64,000 nucleotides of DNA from the NCBI RefSeq assembly GCF_009914755.1, contig NC_060942.1. One strand, written 5' to 3'. Positions within the stretch are counted from its first letter, which is position 1; every line of letters starts with the position of its first letter. This document shows positions 45,167 through 58,110 of this stretch, piece by piece. The stretch comes from the human T2T-CHM13v2.0 reference genome, Homo sapiens. A program made the translations under genes and the position numbers. The notes beneath the pieces are model-generated. The model searched no databases. It was not told where the DNA came from and saw only the letters and a program-made list of their open reading frames with translations.

Positions 45167-45777
45167 CTTCCAGTTTTTGGCTTGAAGAAAGCCAAGGTGA
45201 AACTTTCTTTATTTGTCTCACATCCAAGTTCATCCCACACCAACATCCTCTATTATTCTGCCTCAGTTCAACCCCAAGAAGATCAGAGATGTATACCTGA
45301 GGTGTACTGGTGGAAAACTCATGCCACATCTGGTGAGGTCCCAAAATTAGTCTTCTGGATCTGTCTCCAAAAAAAGTTGCTGATGACATCATCAGAGTAA
45401 CTGGAGACTGGAAGGGTCTAAAGATTATAGTGAAACTGACCATTCAAAACAGACAGAAACAGAGGGAATGGGTAACTTCTGCCTCTGCCCTGATTATCAA
45501 AGCCCTCAACGATCTGCCAAGAGACAGAAGAAAGTAGAAAATCACTAAACACTGTGGGAATATCACTTTTGATGAGATTGTCAACATCTCCTGACAGGTC
45601 ACTACTGATCTTTGGCAGAGAACGCTGTGGAACCAATAAGGAGATCCTAGGGACTGCCCAATCTGTGGTCTGTCGGCTGCAGAGTTGATGCTTCCACCCT
45701 CATGATATCACAGATGACATCAACGGTGCTGCGGTGAAATTCCCAGTTAGGTAAGAGTACAAAGAAAAATATTTCAA
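45167..45777 (+). pseudogene. RPL12P: Processed pseudogene of 60S ribosomal protein L12 (uL11)
   Basis: Intronless copy translating as [20 protein letters not shown].../[32 protein letters not shown]...[38 protein letters not shown], matching RPL12 ([20 protein letters not shown]...[32 protein letters not shown]...). ATG replaced by ATT at 45255; frameshifts and in-frame stops; ancestral TAA at 45752-45754; UTR remnants. Specific RPL12P number unknown. Confidence 0.95.
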
Positions 45778-45837
45778 CCACCAAAAGTTTATTCACTTCA
45801 GCTTGACATTTAAAGTCCTCTATGATTTTCCCATATA

Positions 45838-45995
45838 CTAGTCATTCCCAAACATGGCAGAATCACCCATGGTGCTTTAAAACAATTACAGATTATTTGA
45901 GCTCAATTCTGAACCTACTGAATCAAAATCTCTGGAGGCGTGGTCCTAGAGACTATATTTTTTAGCAGCTTGCTAATACATTCTTATGTAACTAA
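45838..45995. mobile_element. MER5-like hAT MITE fragment
   Basis: CAGAATCACCCATGGTGCTTTAAAA...ACCTACTGAATCAAAATCTCTGGAGG. Confidence 0.65.
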
Positions 45996-46189
45996 CCCAG
46001 CTTACTGTCCTAAATTACCTCTTCAGTCCTGCTATCTTGCTATCCGTTATTAGTCCTCACATAACTTTTCAGAAAAATTCATTTCTCCTTTTTCCACCTG
46101 TCTTTTCTATTAGTTTATTTGTCCTTTCCTTTTTCTATCTTTTTTTTTTCTAACTCTATGCGTCCCTTTAAAATTTCCTTGCCCTTTTG

Positions 46190-47200
46190 ACGTTTTTCCT
46201 CTCTTTGGAAGAGTGAGAAATTGAGAACAACTACAAAATTAGAGGGAACAGTTCCCATGAGACTGCTCTCACTGCTGATATCAAATGGAAGTTTGAAGGG
46301 TTTCCCGTAAACATCTCAGGTTTGATAATTTTCTAGAAAGACTCATATAACTCACTGACAGCTCCTATACTCATGGTTAAAGTTTATTATAGCTCAGATA
46401 CAAATTAAAATCAGCCAAGGAAAGAGAGGCATAGGGCAGAGTCCAGGATGGGCTCAATATAGAGCTCTAGTTGCCCTCTCCCTGTGGCTTCAAGAGTGGC
46501 CTTCCCTCCTCCTGGCCACAGTGTGTGATGATATACACAGATAATTACCAACCGTGAAAACTCACCCAAGCCTTTGGTATCCAGAATTTTATTCAGGTCA
46601 ATAACATACTACCTGTGTGGCTAAACTTCAGTCCCTAGCTTTCCTGGAGTTTGAGCTAATATCTTTAATTATCAGGTTCTTTGGAGGTCAGAACTGATAT
46701 GGCCTTGCTCTAAGTTTTCATTACAAATCACATTGTTAGACTTCCTTTTTTTTTTTTTTCTTTTTTTTTTTTATTACACTTTAAGTTTTAGGGTACATGT
46801 GCACATTGTGCAGGTTAGTTACATATGTATACATGTGCCATGCTGGTGCACTGCACCCACTAACTCGTCATCTAGCATTAGGTATATCTCCCAATGCTAT
46901 CCCTCCTCCCTCCCCCCACCCCACAACAGTCCCCAGTGTGTGATATTCCCCTTCCTGTGTCCATGTGATCTCATTGTTCAATTCCCACCTATGAGTGAGA
47001 ATATGCGGTGTTTGGTTTTTTGTTCTTGCGATAGTTTACTGAGAATGATGATTTCCAATTTCATCCATGTCCCTACAAAGGACATGAACTAGACTTCCTG
47101 AAGGACAAAGCTCCCAGAAAATACATTCTCATCAGGCAGGGCACTCGAGGGGCCTGAAGATCACCTTCCAGTAGCCAAAGGCAAAGGCCAGATTTCCTGC
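46190..47200 (-). mobile_element. MER21-like LTR interrupted by a young L1
   Basis: CTCAGGTTTGATAATTTTCTAGAAAGACTCATATAACTCACTGA...ATACTCATGGTTAAAGTTTATTA; resumes after the L1 with ATCAGGCAGGGC...GTAGCCAAAGGCAAAGGCCAGA. Confidence 0.75.
46746..47089 (-). mobile_element. Young L1 (L1PA2-type) 5'-truncated insertion
   Basis: Poly-T plus near-consensus L1 3'UTR; sense strand reads CTAGATGACGAGTTAGTGG (GAG, not the Ta ACA or preTa ACG) and CACAATGTGC; TSD TAGACTTCCT. Confidence 0.92.
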
Positions 47201-47752
47201 TTCTCTTCTTTCAGCCTGTTGTCCCTCTGCCTCATTATTTCTTGATAGAACTTTATTTTGTCAAAATAGGCATGTTTTTAAAGTAATAGTTGGCAGCTGT
47301 TAGGAAACAATTGGCAGCGTCTTGCAGGAAGCGAAAGGGTTATGAAAATATACCCCAAGCCTAGAATGCTTACAGCACGTATGGAATTTAACTTTTACAA
47401 GAGTTTTTAAAGGAAGCTATTTTTTTTAGATAGGATTAAAAAGCAAAGTCTCAACATGATCACAGAGACAGTAAAGGAGACAGAATTTAAATTTGGGTCT
47501 TGCTGACTCCAAAGTGAATGCTGTTTTCTCTGTACCAGATGTCACTCTGGGTTATTATTGCTCTTCCTCACCATGGGTGAATATTCAGTGCAAGGAGCAG
47601 CCACTGCTTCTGAGAATGATGAGAAGGGAAAAGAGTCTAGGTCAGCCTGAACGTCAATCCAAGCCCATGGGTCAGTATGGGCAGTGCTTGAGCTGGATAC
47701 GATGAGCTCTGTTTTCTCTCTGACTCCTAAATCTACTTTAGATGAAGAATTA

Positions 47753-48076
<324 letters not shown>

Positions 48077-49431
48077 AAACCATTGGAGAAAACCTCCACC
48101 TATGACTTTGTGCTCATATTTCAATTATTAAAACTTACTAAATGCCTATATGTTATTTTTTATTGCAATGCATTATAAAGTAGCCATGATTATATTTAGT
48201 TTTACACATGAACAAAGTGAGGCTCAAAGGACTGGAGAGCGGATGAACAGAGAGCTGAAATCAAAATGAAGGTGAGCTTGACTCCCATGCTCACATCTGT
48301 CTGCTATACCACACTGCTTTATCTTATCACTGTACATAGATAATTCATGAAACAGAAGTTATTATGCATGTGACCTTTCCCACTTCTTTTGTTATTTATA
48401 TGGAGGGGCACTGATGCTTTTCCAGTAATGCATGCTCCTGGTATTTTGTGGATAGGAACAAGCTCTGTACTTGTCAAGCTTTCAAAGCAAATGAAGGCTC
48501 TGCCCATTGTGTTTCTGGTTTGTCTGCGGCTACCCTTTTCTGTAGAGATAGAGTTGGTTAGACCTGTGGAGGAAAGAATGAAGGCAAAACATCTATTTTT
48601 TATGGCATGATGTAATTTTAGATCTTAACTATTTTATTACTTAACCTTCTAATACAGAAGCACTTCTGCAGTTCTTGAGTTTATAATTAAATTTGGAATT
48701 CAATGCCTTCTTAGAACATGGTTTCAAATCTAGGGGAAATTAAGAGGAAAAAGTATTCTGAAACTCACAAGAGTTGCACTTAAAGCAATCAATCCTACCA
48801 AATTTTAGGACTCACAGCCCAGAGAAAAGTCCAATGCATTAATCTGAATGCTGGGTACCTGTGAATCGGCCAACCCATATCAATGTCATCCTATAAATCA
48901 TCTATTACCCCTAGAGGAGGTAAAAACAGCCAAACACTATATTTAGTAGATCCTAGTCTTGCAATTAAATGACAAAAAGGGAAGCAGGAGACAAGGTGAC
49001 TAGCTAGAAATATGACTCAGTAGGACATACAATCTCTACTTCAGGAATGTCACACCATGGTTATTTTGGGAGGAAAAAATGATTTGAATGACTATAAGGT
49101 CCCCAACATTGGATGAAGTCATACTTATTTTAAGGAATGAGCATAAAATCAATGGTGTAGTATATTTTGCCAGAAAACAAAATTTAAAGAGAAGCTCCTT
49201 AAAGCAGCCAAAAGGGAATTTTCTGAAAGAATGTATTTTCTCTTGTGTTAATTTCAAAATAATATAACCCAAGTAATTTAATTGATCATGACATTTTACT
49301 GACTGACACTTTGCTGAAACCAACATTTTGATTTTTTTGGTGGGGGAGCCATTGATGGGTGTGAGAACATCATTTTACAGGTGTCTCAAATTTTTTACTT
49401 AACAAGTTAGTGTTTTATATTCAATTCATAT

Positions 49432-50122
49432 TGAAGCCGCCATTGCAAAATTGTAACTGAGACATTGAAAAAGAGCTGACCTAACCAACTTCATCTTGCT
49501 TCTAACCTCCAAATTGTCCTGTTTATTCCTGGGTGTAGGCTGAACTAACTTTGGGAGGAACTTAGTTTATAGTTTAAAACACAAACGATAACAACCCTTT
49601 CCCAAAACAAACCTCCTACTTGCCTGGGGACTAGACTGCCTTTGTAGGACTAACAAATTAGCCACAAGATTAGAAACTACCACTTAGGAGTCATTGCAGC
49701 TGGAGGCTACAAGATTCTGATGCTCCCTAAACTTTTCCTAAGATCAATGCTTGAGATATTTTGGAGACCCTGCTGTTGATGGATCAGCTGGCACCACCCA
49801 GATCATAAACTGGCTCATCTGATCTTGTGGCCCCCACTCAAGAACTGACTCAGCACAAGAGGACAACTTCAATTCCCTGTGATTTCATCTCTCACTCAAC
49901 CACCCAGCACTCTCAACTCACTGGCTTTCCCTCACCCACCAAATTATCCTTAAATCCTCTGATGCCCAAATGCTTCGGGAGACTGATTTGAGTAATAATA
50001 AAACTTCAGTCTCCCACACAACTGGCTCTGTGTGAATTACACTTTCTCTATTGCAATTCCCCTGTCTTGATAAATCAGCTCTGTCTAGGCAGCAGTCAAG
50101 GTGAACCCACTGGGCAGTTATG
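49432..50122 (+). mobile_element. LTR8 ERV1 solo LTR
   Basis: TGAAGCCGCCATTGCAAAATTGTAACTGAGAC...CATCTTGCTTCTAACCTCC...GGCTGAACTAACTTTGGGAGGAACTTAG...GGTGAACCCACTGGGCAGTTA. Confidence 0.9.
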
Positions 50123-52579
50123 GTAATATGTTATTTCAATTAATATAGTTCATATTATACGGTATCATATTGTGATACAAATATATTGCTTTACTTTTTA
50201 ATTTTTAATTAAAGTCATTTAAAATACTTTGCATGGTGAAAATGTATAATAAGTGTTGATAAATCTTCTCACATTAGTAATATCTTCATAACAAATGTGA
50301 CTTTTGGAAACTACTTGTGGGGAAATGATAGTTTAGATTTAGATTGAACCTTGCAGGGAAAATTGTGTGCTTCAATGGAAAACTAAGTGCTTTGAGCATA
50401 CCCTTCTGGGTTATCTGATTCTGATTCTATGGGGACTCTTGGCATTGCCTTTGATCCATTTTACAACTGTGTAAGTTGTAGATAACTGATAGCAAGATGC
50501 GATAATTCTTGTCTATAGGCATGCAAAATAATTTTGTTTGGTGATTCAATTGAATTCCCTCCCTCCAGGGAAAAAAGCAGGTCTCTCTCTATTTGTAAAT
50601 GCATTTAAACATTCCTTTACTACACATAACTTTCTGCTCCTTTAACTTATTTTTAAAAGTGATTGTAACAGCTTACTGTTTTCCTCATTAATGAGTTTAA
50701 AACAATCTTTAACACGTATTCATTTTATATCTATGTGAGACTCATGATTTTACCTGATTCTTGAAAATTATCCTTTAATAAATGACACTTAAATGTCATC
50801 CTTTTAAGAAACCAGAGTGGTATTTTTCTGTAGTTGTTACATATTGAATCATATTAATTGTTGCTTTTATTTTCATATCTTCTGATATTGCTGCTGTTTC
50901 ATCTGTCATATTTTTAGTTAAATATTCACGTGTGTGTTTTGTTTTCCCACCCTCATTGTAAGCTCTCTGATGGTTAATGCTTCCCTGTATTCCTTGCTGT
51001 GCCTAACATAGCATGTTACACATAGTATGTGATCAGCTTGATGATAACTACAAGTTAAATACAATAAAAATACTGGGTTTCCTATTTCATCTAGTCTCTG
51101 TACCTTCTCTGTGGTCTTTTGCAAGAGTTACAAGACTAGTAGCTTCATATTGTAGATTGTGAACATCCTAGGAGTCCTATACTTCAAGTATGAAAAGGGC
51201 AATTGGGTATCTCCCAATGAGTTTTTAATTTTAATTTTTACTATTTTATGTTATTTTTATATGACAATAGTAGTATGTGAAAAAATAAATCTAGCCTACA
51301 TTTCAAACAGATTTCAGTCTTTGCAGATGTTTGCTTTATGGTAATAAATTACTTGGAACAATTTCAACCTAAAGTTTCTTTCACCCAAGGACTGAGTGTC
51401 TGGCAAACTTCATCCCAGGGATGTATATGGGGAAGGAGTGCTCTCTCCTAACACATGAACCAATGATGTATACTTTCTAGAAATTTAAGTGGATTGGTAG
51501 TTTGTATGTTTTTAGCCTTTGATTAATTACTTTAACATGCATTTTCATATTTGATTTTCACAAAAATCTTATAAAAGACATATTTGCTATTTCTCCATTT
51601 TACAGCTGAGTAAACTAAGGGTTTATCAAGTTAAGTGGCTAGAGATTTGAACCTAGGCCTTCTCACATACTAACTCATTCTCGTTTCACTAAAGCAAGCT
51701 ATTCTCTACATCTTGAGAAGGTCTTATCCTTCCAAGCATCACCTCATGGTATAGTCTTTCCAATATGCTCTGGGTCTATCTGTACCATTTTCTAAATTTT
51801 ACCCAGAGCATTTCCTAGAAAACTGTAAGGATACAAAGAAAATTGTTAGACCACAAATACGTATATTTTTTTTCACATAAATGAAGGCCTAAATAAAATT
51901 TGATATTGAATTTCTCTTCATCTGTTTTTCTCTGAATCGGAAACTTGACTTCATGGCAATTTCATGTTGAGCAACTCCAATCAGATTACTTGCTTTCCAA
52001 GGCCTGGCCTGATTACTGCTAGTACAGTGATAGGGAATCCTGGATCTTCCAAAAAAAAAGTAGGAGATCAAAGGTTAGTCTTGAATAGTTATTCCCAAAT
52101 TTTGTTGCACGTTAGAATCCAGACCCTTAGGATCTGAGCCTCCACATATTTTTTGGGAGCTGCTGATCTAAGGCATTTAATTTAGGAAAGATCTAAGGGC
52201 CTGGGAACCAAAGTCCACCAGAGCCAGAGAACTGTAAGTTTGTCGGATGAGGTCACAGTTTTCCTAGAAAGCACTCATCTGATTTTTTAGAAGACTATTT
52301 ATTTTAGAGCAGTTTTAGATTCATAGCAAAATTAAGAGGAAGGTACAGCTCATCTGATTTTAATGTGCTTGAATCTGTCCCCCTGTCTCTTCTGAGGTGA
52401 CTAGAGCAGACCAGACATAAAGGTAATCCCAAACCATTCTCCCTAGCTCCCTAGAAGTTTATGTTCTTGAATGGATCTGCAAAGACTTACTTATGAATCA
52501 TTGGTACAGCACTGTGTTCATAGAACCTGAGAGTTAACTACTGAAGGAACCAATAAGATGTTTTTTGCTAAAATGCTAA

Positions 52580-53060
52580 TGAAACTGGTGCAGTTGTCCC
52601 ATAGAACTGATGTTTATGGGTTTTTTTGAATAAACATAGAAATTGACCTTCCTAGTCATGAAACTTAAGAAAGCGACATTTCTCTCTTAGGAAACCAACC
52701 CTCAGGCTTCCCAGATAGTATCAAGGAGCTGAAACTCACCAGATCACTGCATCTAGACAATGGGATGCCAGACCCCTCACCCATCATGGTGGCCTAACTG
52801 ACCACCCGTGTCTTTCTGACCAACTCCTCTTGCTTATCCCTCCCTGATTCCTATTTCCTCACATGTAGTTACATTTCTTCTCTACTACATAATCCCCTGA
52901 TTTTAGTCCATCAGGGAGGTGGATTTGAGACTAATCTCTCATCAACTAGGCTGCAGCACCTGATTAAAGCCTTCTTACTTGTCAATACTTGTGTCTCAGT
53001 GATTGGCTTTTTGTGTGGTGAGTAGTAGACCTAGTCTGAAACTCTGGCATTTCAGGGACA
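52580..53060 (+). mobile_element. LTR26-like ERV1 solo LTR
   Basis: TGAAACTGG...TTGTCCCATAGAACTGATGTTTATGG...GAATAAACATAGAAATTGACC; TG...CA termini with 4-bp TSD CTAA. Confidence 0.85.
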
Positions 53061-55094
53061 CTAATGATGAAAATAAGGAGAATAAATTATTATTTAGAAG
53101 AACAAGAAAGTTAAACAAATGTTTAATAGGAGAATACTAAAACTGCAACATTCTATTGAGAGATATCAAAGAAGACAAATAAATGGAGAGTGAACTCTGC
53201 TTCAGAAAGAAAAGATGAAAAATTTTAAAAGTGTTTTGCCACTTCCCTGCATGAGACCTTTCAATGGATTATGCTTATATTCAAAAAGAAAATCCAAAGT
53301 CCCTGCCGTTTATCCAAAGGTGCTTCACAGTATGACCTCTGATCTCTCCCTAACTTGTCATCTTCTCTGTTTTCAAAGAAACAGAAAACGTCATCCAGCT
53401 TAGTGATCTCCTTTCCTCTTCTCTTTGACAACCATGTGGCTTTCTTCCTTGCTTCCTTCAGGTCTCTGGTTGTAACCTTTTGAAAGGTTCTTCCTGCATG
53501 CTGTACAAACAAAAGTAATCCACATTATTGCAGTAGAGAAAGAGTTTAAACTTGATCAAATGATTCCAAATTCATACATACCTAAATTTAGAATTTAAAT
53601 TTTAGAATACTTTAAAAAACAAATTCTACTTGCAGGCAGTGATTCTAAAAATAATTGAATAAATGTTCATTTATCTATACCAGGATTTTATCATAGAATT
53701 AGTCATAAAGCAGAAACTAGAAAATAATTTTAAGTACATTAATTGGAGCTAGGTTTGTAATTTATGGTGTATAAAATTGAAAGATAATCTCTGACAGAAA
53801 CAATACAATGATAAGTGAAAGATGTTATCAAACAATATGTAGTGCAAAATTATTTAAAATATATAATTGCATATTTACACATATGCAAAACATGTCTGTA
53901 AGACTGTATATGAAGATATTAACAATATTTTTTATTGGTAAGTCTAGAATCACCTTCACTTATTTTAAATCTTTTTCTTTTCTGTCATAACCATGAATTA
54001 TTAATAAAAGAAAAAGAAAACTATTTTAATTTTTTAAAAACAACAGTATCTAGTCCAATTTTTTTATTGTACAGATAAAAGAAATTGGTCTCAAGATACA
54101 AATTATCTGTGTGTGTCTGTGTGTTTAAGTATTGAAAATAGGGATAAACACATTTATCCAATATAATCCATCTGGAAAAGAAGAGCAGGCTTGGTTTTAG
54201 TGAAAAGTTGTGAGTTGTTTTATTTTTTCCTGAACCAAATAGCTATTTTTTTATAAACTTCAAGCTTAGCTGTCACATTGCCTTTTGGCAAGACACTTGA
54301 TTTGAAGGTAGATGTACTCTGCAAATAGAGTATATCTATCACAGACTACTAATGTGGCAAAATGAAATCACACAAGTAATCTCTTTAGATAGATTCCAGT
54401 GAATCTTCTTGCTCATTTCAATCTAAATCAAATCTATATTAAAATATTAATGCAAGGATTAAACTATATAAGTACCAGGTCAGACTGGAGGAAGATTAAA
54501 GGGAATACAAGAATCAATCCTCAGGCATCAAGTTGTAACTTCAGGGTATGAGCTCATAAGATGTAGCTATTTGCATAAACCAAAGTCACAAAGGAAAAAA
54601 TGTTCTCAAAAGATACCAACATTAGTAATTCCCTGGATTTATGTGCTGCACATAAAAATAAATATTTATTGTTAAACTTAAATGGCTTTTGTTTAACATA
54701 CTTGTTTGATTTCATTTCTTGATTATTTCATGTATTCATATAAATATTGGGTTAAAAGAATTTGAGTAGTTAAGTAGTTAAAAGAATTTGAGTAGTTAAG
54801 TACTTAAGAAGTTCAATTTTGAAAAGCCCAAGCTGTGAAAATATTATGTGAGATGATGTGAACAATTTAAAAAAACATCTGGGGCGACAGCTAGCCCACG
54901 TAACGCCCTTGTACACAGTGGAGAAAGCTGCATCCTCCAGGTGGACATGACCACATGGTTTGGCAAGCCTGTTCTCTGGGCAAGTTGGGGAAAAAACCCA
55001 AAAACAAACAAATGAAAAAACAGCATGGCTGTGATGAAGGTGGAGGGAAAAGGGGCCTCTTTTAATCTTGGTCCTTTAAACCAAATCACATTTG

Positions 55095-55664
55095 GTCCTT
55101 TGAAACAAATGTGATAAAAGCCCTTTCCTGAAACAAAACCCCTTTTTGCCTGGGGACCAGATTGCCTTTGTAAGACTAACAAATTGGCCACAAGATTAGA
55201 AATTATGGTTTAGGAGTCATACAGCCAAAGGTCTCAAGACAAAATTTCTCCAATTGCTCCTAGGGATAACATCACTATTGTAAAACCTAAGATTGGTGCT
55301 CGAGACTTTTTTTTCAGATCCTGCCATTCTGAAGCACCAGATGGCACCACCTAGACTGGTAATCTGGCCCAATCAGGAACAGAAGACAACAGAACAGGGA
55401 CAGAAGACAACAGAGAGAACCCACCAAAAGCCCCAGTGATTTCATCCATGGCCCAACCAATCAGCACTCCCCACTCCTGCCAAATTATCCTTAAAAAACC
55501 TCAGTCTCCACATTTTTGGGGGGAGACTGATTTGAGTAACAAAACTCCAGTTTCTCATTTAGCTGGCCCTGCGTGAAATGCATTCTTTCTCTGTTGCAAT
55601 TCCCGTGTCTAGATAAATAGGCTCTATCTGGGCAGTGGGCAAGGAGAATCCTTTGGGCAGCTAC
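55095..55664 (+). mobile_element. LTR8A-like ERV1 LTR, 5'-truncated
   Basis: GCCTGGGGACCAGATTGCCTTTGTAAGACTAACAAATTGGCCACAAGATTAGAAATTATGGTTTAGGAGTC...GGGCAAGGAGAATCCTTTGGGCAGCTACA. Confidence 0.85.
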
Positions 55665-56489
55665 AGTGGCAGAGACAGAAATGGATTGCACAAAGCTTAA
55701 CCAGGAATTCACATCACTGGCTTGCTGACAGTGTGAATTCTGTATCTATCCTCAGCCTAGTCCTCTTTCCAGTCTTGTTCCCTCTTTCACCTGCACACTA
55801 ACTATATTATCTTGTTTCTTTAATGCTCTGTTTTTTTAGTTTCTCAACACAGTTTTAGAACTTTCTGTTCTCTTTCTAAATGCTGATTATTTTACTTTAT
55901 TTTCTGTTTCCATTTCAGTTAACTTCACCTGTTCATTCTATAGACTTCTTGCTTCTCTTTTCTTTCATTTTAATCTTTCTTCTTTTAAAATTCTTGTTTC
56001 TAAAATATTTGAAAAAAATTCCATTTTAACTCCAGATAAAACATTTAGAACTTTCTAATTCATGCTTGATTTGATTCTTAAAGTTTAACTTTTAAATATT
56101 ATTGGGTTTTAAATTGTATTAAAAATTTTACTCCATTAAATTGTCCCTTACCTTGTCCTTAATCTTATATTTAGTCTCTTTAGCCATTCACCTTCCTTTA
56201 ATCATCCTACTTTAATTTTCTTTTTGTATTTTTTACTCCCCTCCCCTTTAATAAATATTTTAAAAATGACCTTTAGAATGTTTAGCCAAAGAAGTGGTAA
56301 AAATGCAGACATTCCTCACCCCAGACAGGAGCTATGGAGGAGCTCTCCCACCACTGTCTTTGCAGCTTCCCCTTGCTTTCCCCTAATGGATTTCCTGGTC
56401 CACTTAAGGCTGGCTCTTCAAAAACCTCACCGCGATACCCCATTGTTCCCACTGACTATAATTCTATTAGTGTGCCTGACACTTCTGAT

Positions 56490-56498
56490 TTCCGGGAA
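56490..56498. promoter_or_regulatory. Consensus GAS (STAT) motif TTCCGGGAA
   Basis: Exact TTCCGGGAA in apparently unique sequence; motif only. Confidence 0.3.
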
Positions 56499-57429
56499 TA
56501 GTGTTTCTTCCTAAGTTCTCATACCGTGTGGTCTTTACCTAGGCAATACGCATTTAAACTCTATAGTCTTCAATACACTGTACGTGCTATTAACTTTGAG
56601 ACAAACAGCCAAGAGAAAAAGTATGTGACAGCACTAATAATCACACCAGAAACTTTATGTACTAGCCCTGTCTGGCAAGTCTTGCCCTTGGTAAAGAACC
56701 AAGTGGTGCTGACGTGCACATGGGAACTCAGAGAAAAGGAGCACGGGCCCCTTTTAATGCCCTTATCTCCAAGTTAACTGTCATTTCTCTTCTAGTAGAG
56801 CATGAGTGGATCCTAATTTTTAGCACCTCTTAGAGCTCTTCCTAAATTCCTGGTTCTCATTATAATGCTCAAAGGGAATCTATTTAGAGCAGCTTTTTAA
56901 AAGTGACAATTATAAACCTGCTTGATGGTAACCTTGATTTGTTAGGATTTGTATTTAGCAATTTGAATCTGACTCGAATGTCATTACCTAAGAAGAAAAG
57001 CCCATTTTCTTAGACATGCACTTTGTTCCCCAGGGAGAGTTCCTGTAGGGAGGATCCCCATGCTGGGCTTCTCTTACCTCTAAAGAAATGGGAATCTGGG
57101 GTGGCCAGAGTCCCTGAAGCTCCATGGTTTGCATGCAGGCTGTTAGTGGAAGCACCCACAGAAAACACACTCTCCTCGTCTTGTGTTCTCACACCTTGAA
57201 GCTAGTTCCCTTTTTTCTTAATCTGCCTGGCAGTGTCTCATATGCAGTGATCCAAGAAAGGCAATTTCTACATTTAAATAGCTGACTGAATTTTCTTGTC
57301 TCTTTTCTCATGTATATGGCATATAGTATCAACTCAGTTTTAAGCTTCCTGAGAACAGGGGTGATGTTTTTTATCCTTTCTAACCCCATAAGAATCCAAT
57401 TCATTAAGCTGTATGCAGTGAGTACATAA

Positions 57430-57600
57430 AATGTAGGCCTCATACGTGGGTGACAAAATAGTTTGTACAACAAACCCCCGTGACACAAGTTTACCTAGGT
57501 AACAAATGTTACCCTGGTAACAATACCGCAAATGTTACCCTGGTAACAATACCGCACATGTACCGCTGAACTTGAAATAAAAGTTAAAAAAGTTAAAAAA
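57430..57600 (+). mobile_element. Short L1 (older L1PA) 3' end with internal duplication
   Basis: GGGTGACAAAATAGTTTGTACAACAAACCCCCGTGACACAAGTTTACC...GCACATGTACC..TGAACTTGAAATAAAAGTT. Confidence 0.85.
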
Positions 57601-57699
57601 CAATGTTGCTGACCTCTTTTCTTTAGCCTTCATATTTTTAGATATTTTACTCCATATTATAAAAGTCAGTGAATAGTATCATTTGAGTATCTTTCATGG

Positions 57700-58110
57700 T
57701 TTATCAATAAATCTTTGCTCTGCAATAAACAACCACAAAATGTCAGTGGCATACTACAGTAAACATGCATTTCTCATGCATCTGCAGGGTTCGTGCATCC
57801 AAACTGGGCTTGCCTGGAGGGCTCTGCTCATTTTGGCTGTGCTCACTTAGGCAGCTGAGGCTTAGATGGTCTAGGCTAAACTTGGCTGATGAAACTCAGC
57901 CCCATATATCTTTCATCTGATAGAAGCCAGCCTTCTCATGATGCTTGTAGATGTGCAAGAGAATAATCCCCAAGCACTACTCTTCAAAGCTTCATCTCTC
58001 CTAGCATCACGACCATCAATGCAGGTATGTGGCTGAGCAGTTGTTTGGAAAAGAGTATGAGAACAGGGAGGTGTGAGGAATCAGCGCCAAATGATGTCAT
58101 CAACCACACA
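57700..58110 (-). mobile_element. Old MaLR LTR (MLT1H/J-like)
   Basis: TAAACAACCACAAAATGTCAGTGGCATACTACAGTAAACATGCATTTCTCATGCATCTGCAGG. Confidence 0.6.

Noticed and set aside
45101-45636. ORFs 45101-45400, 45120-45443 and 45418-45636
   Set aside because: Shifted-frame or antisense read-throughs of the RPL12 pseudogene
49432-55664. LTR8 and LTR8A in the same orientation ~5 kb apart, as if the two LTRs of one provirus
   Set aside because: Different subfamilies with visible divergence; the interval shows no gag/pol/env remnant and holds unrelated LTR26 and MIR/L2-like sequence
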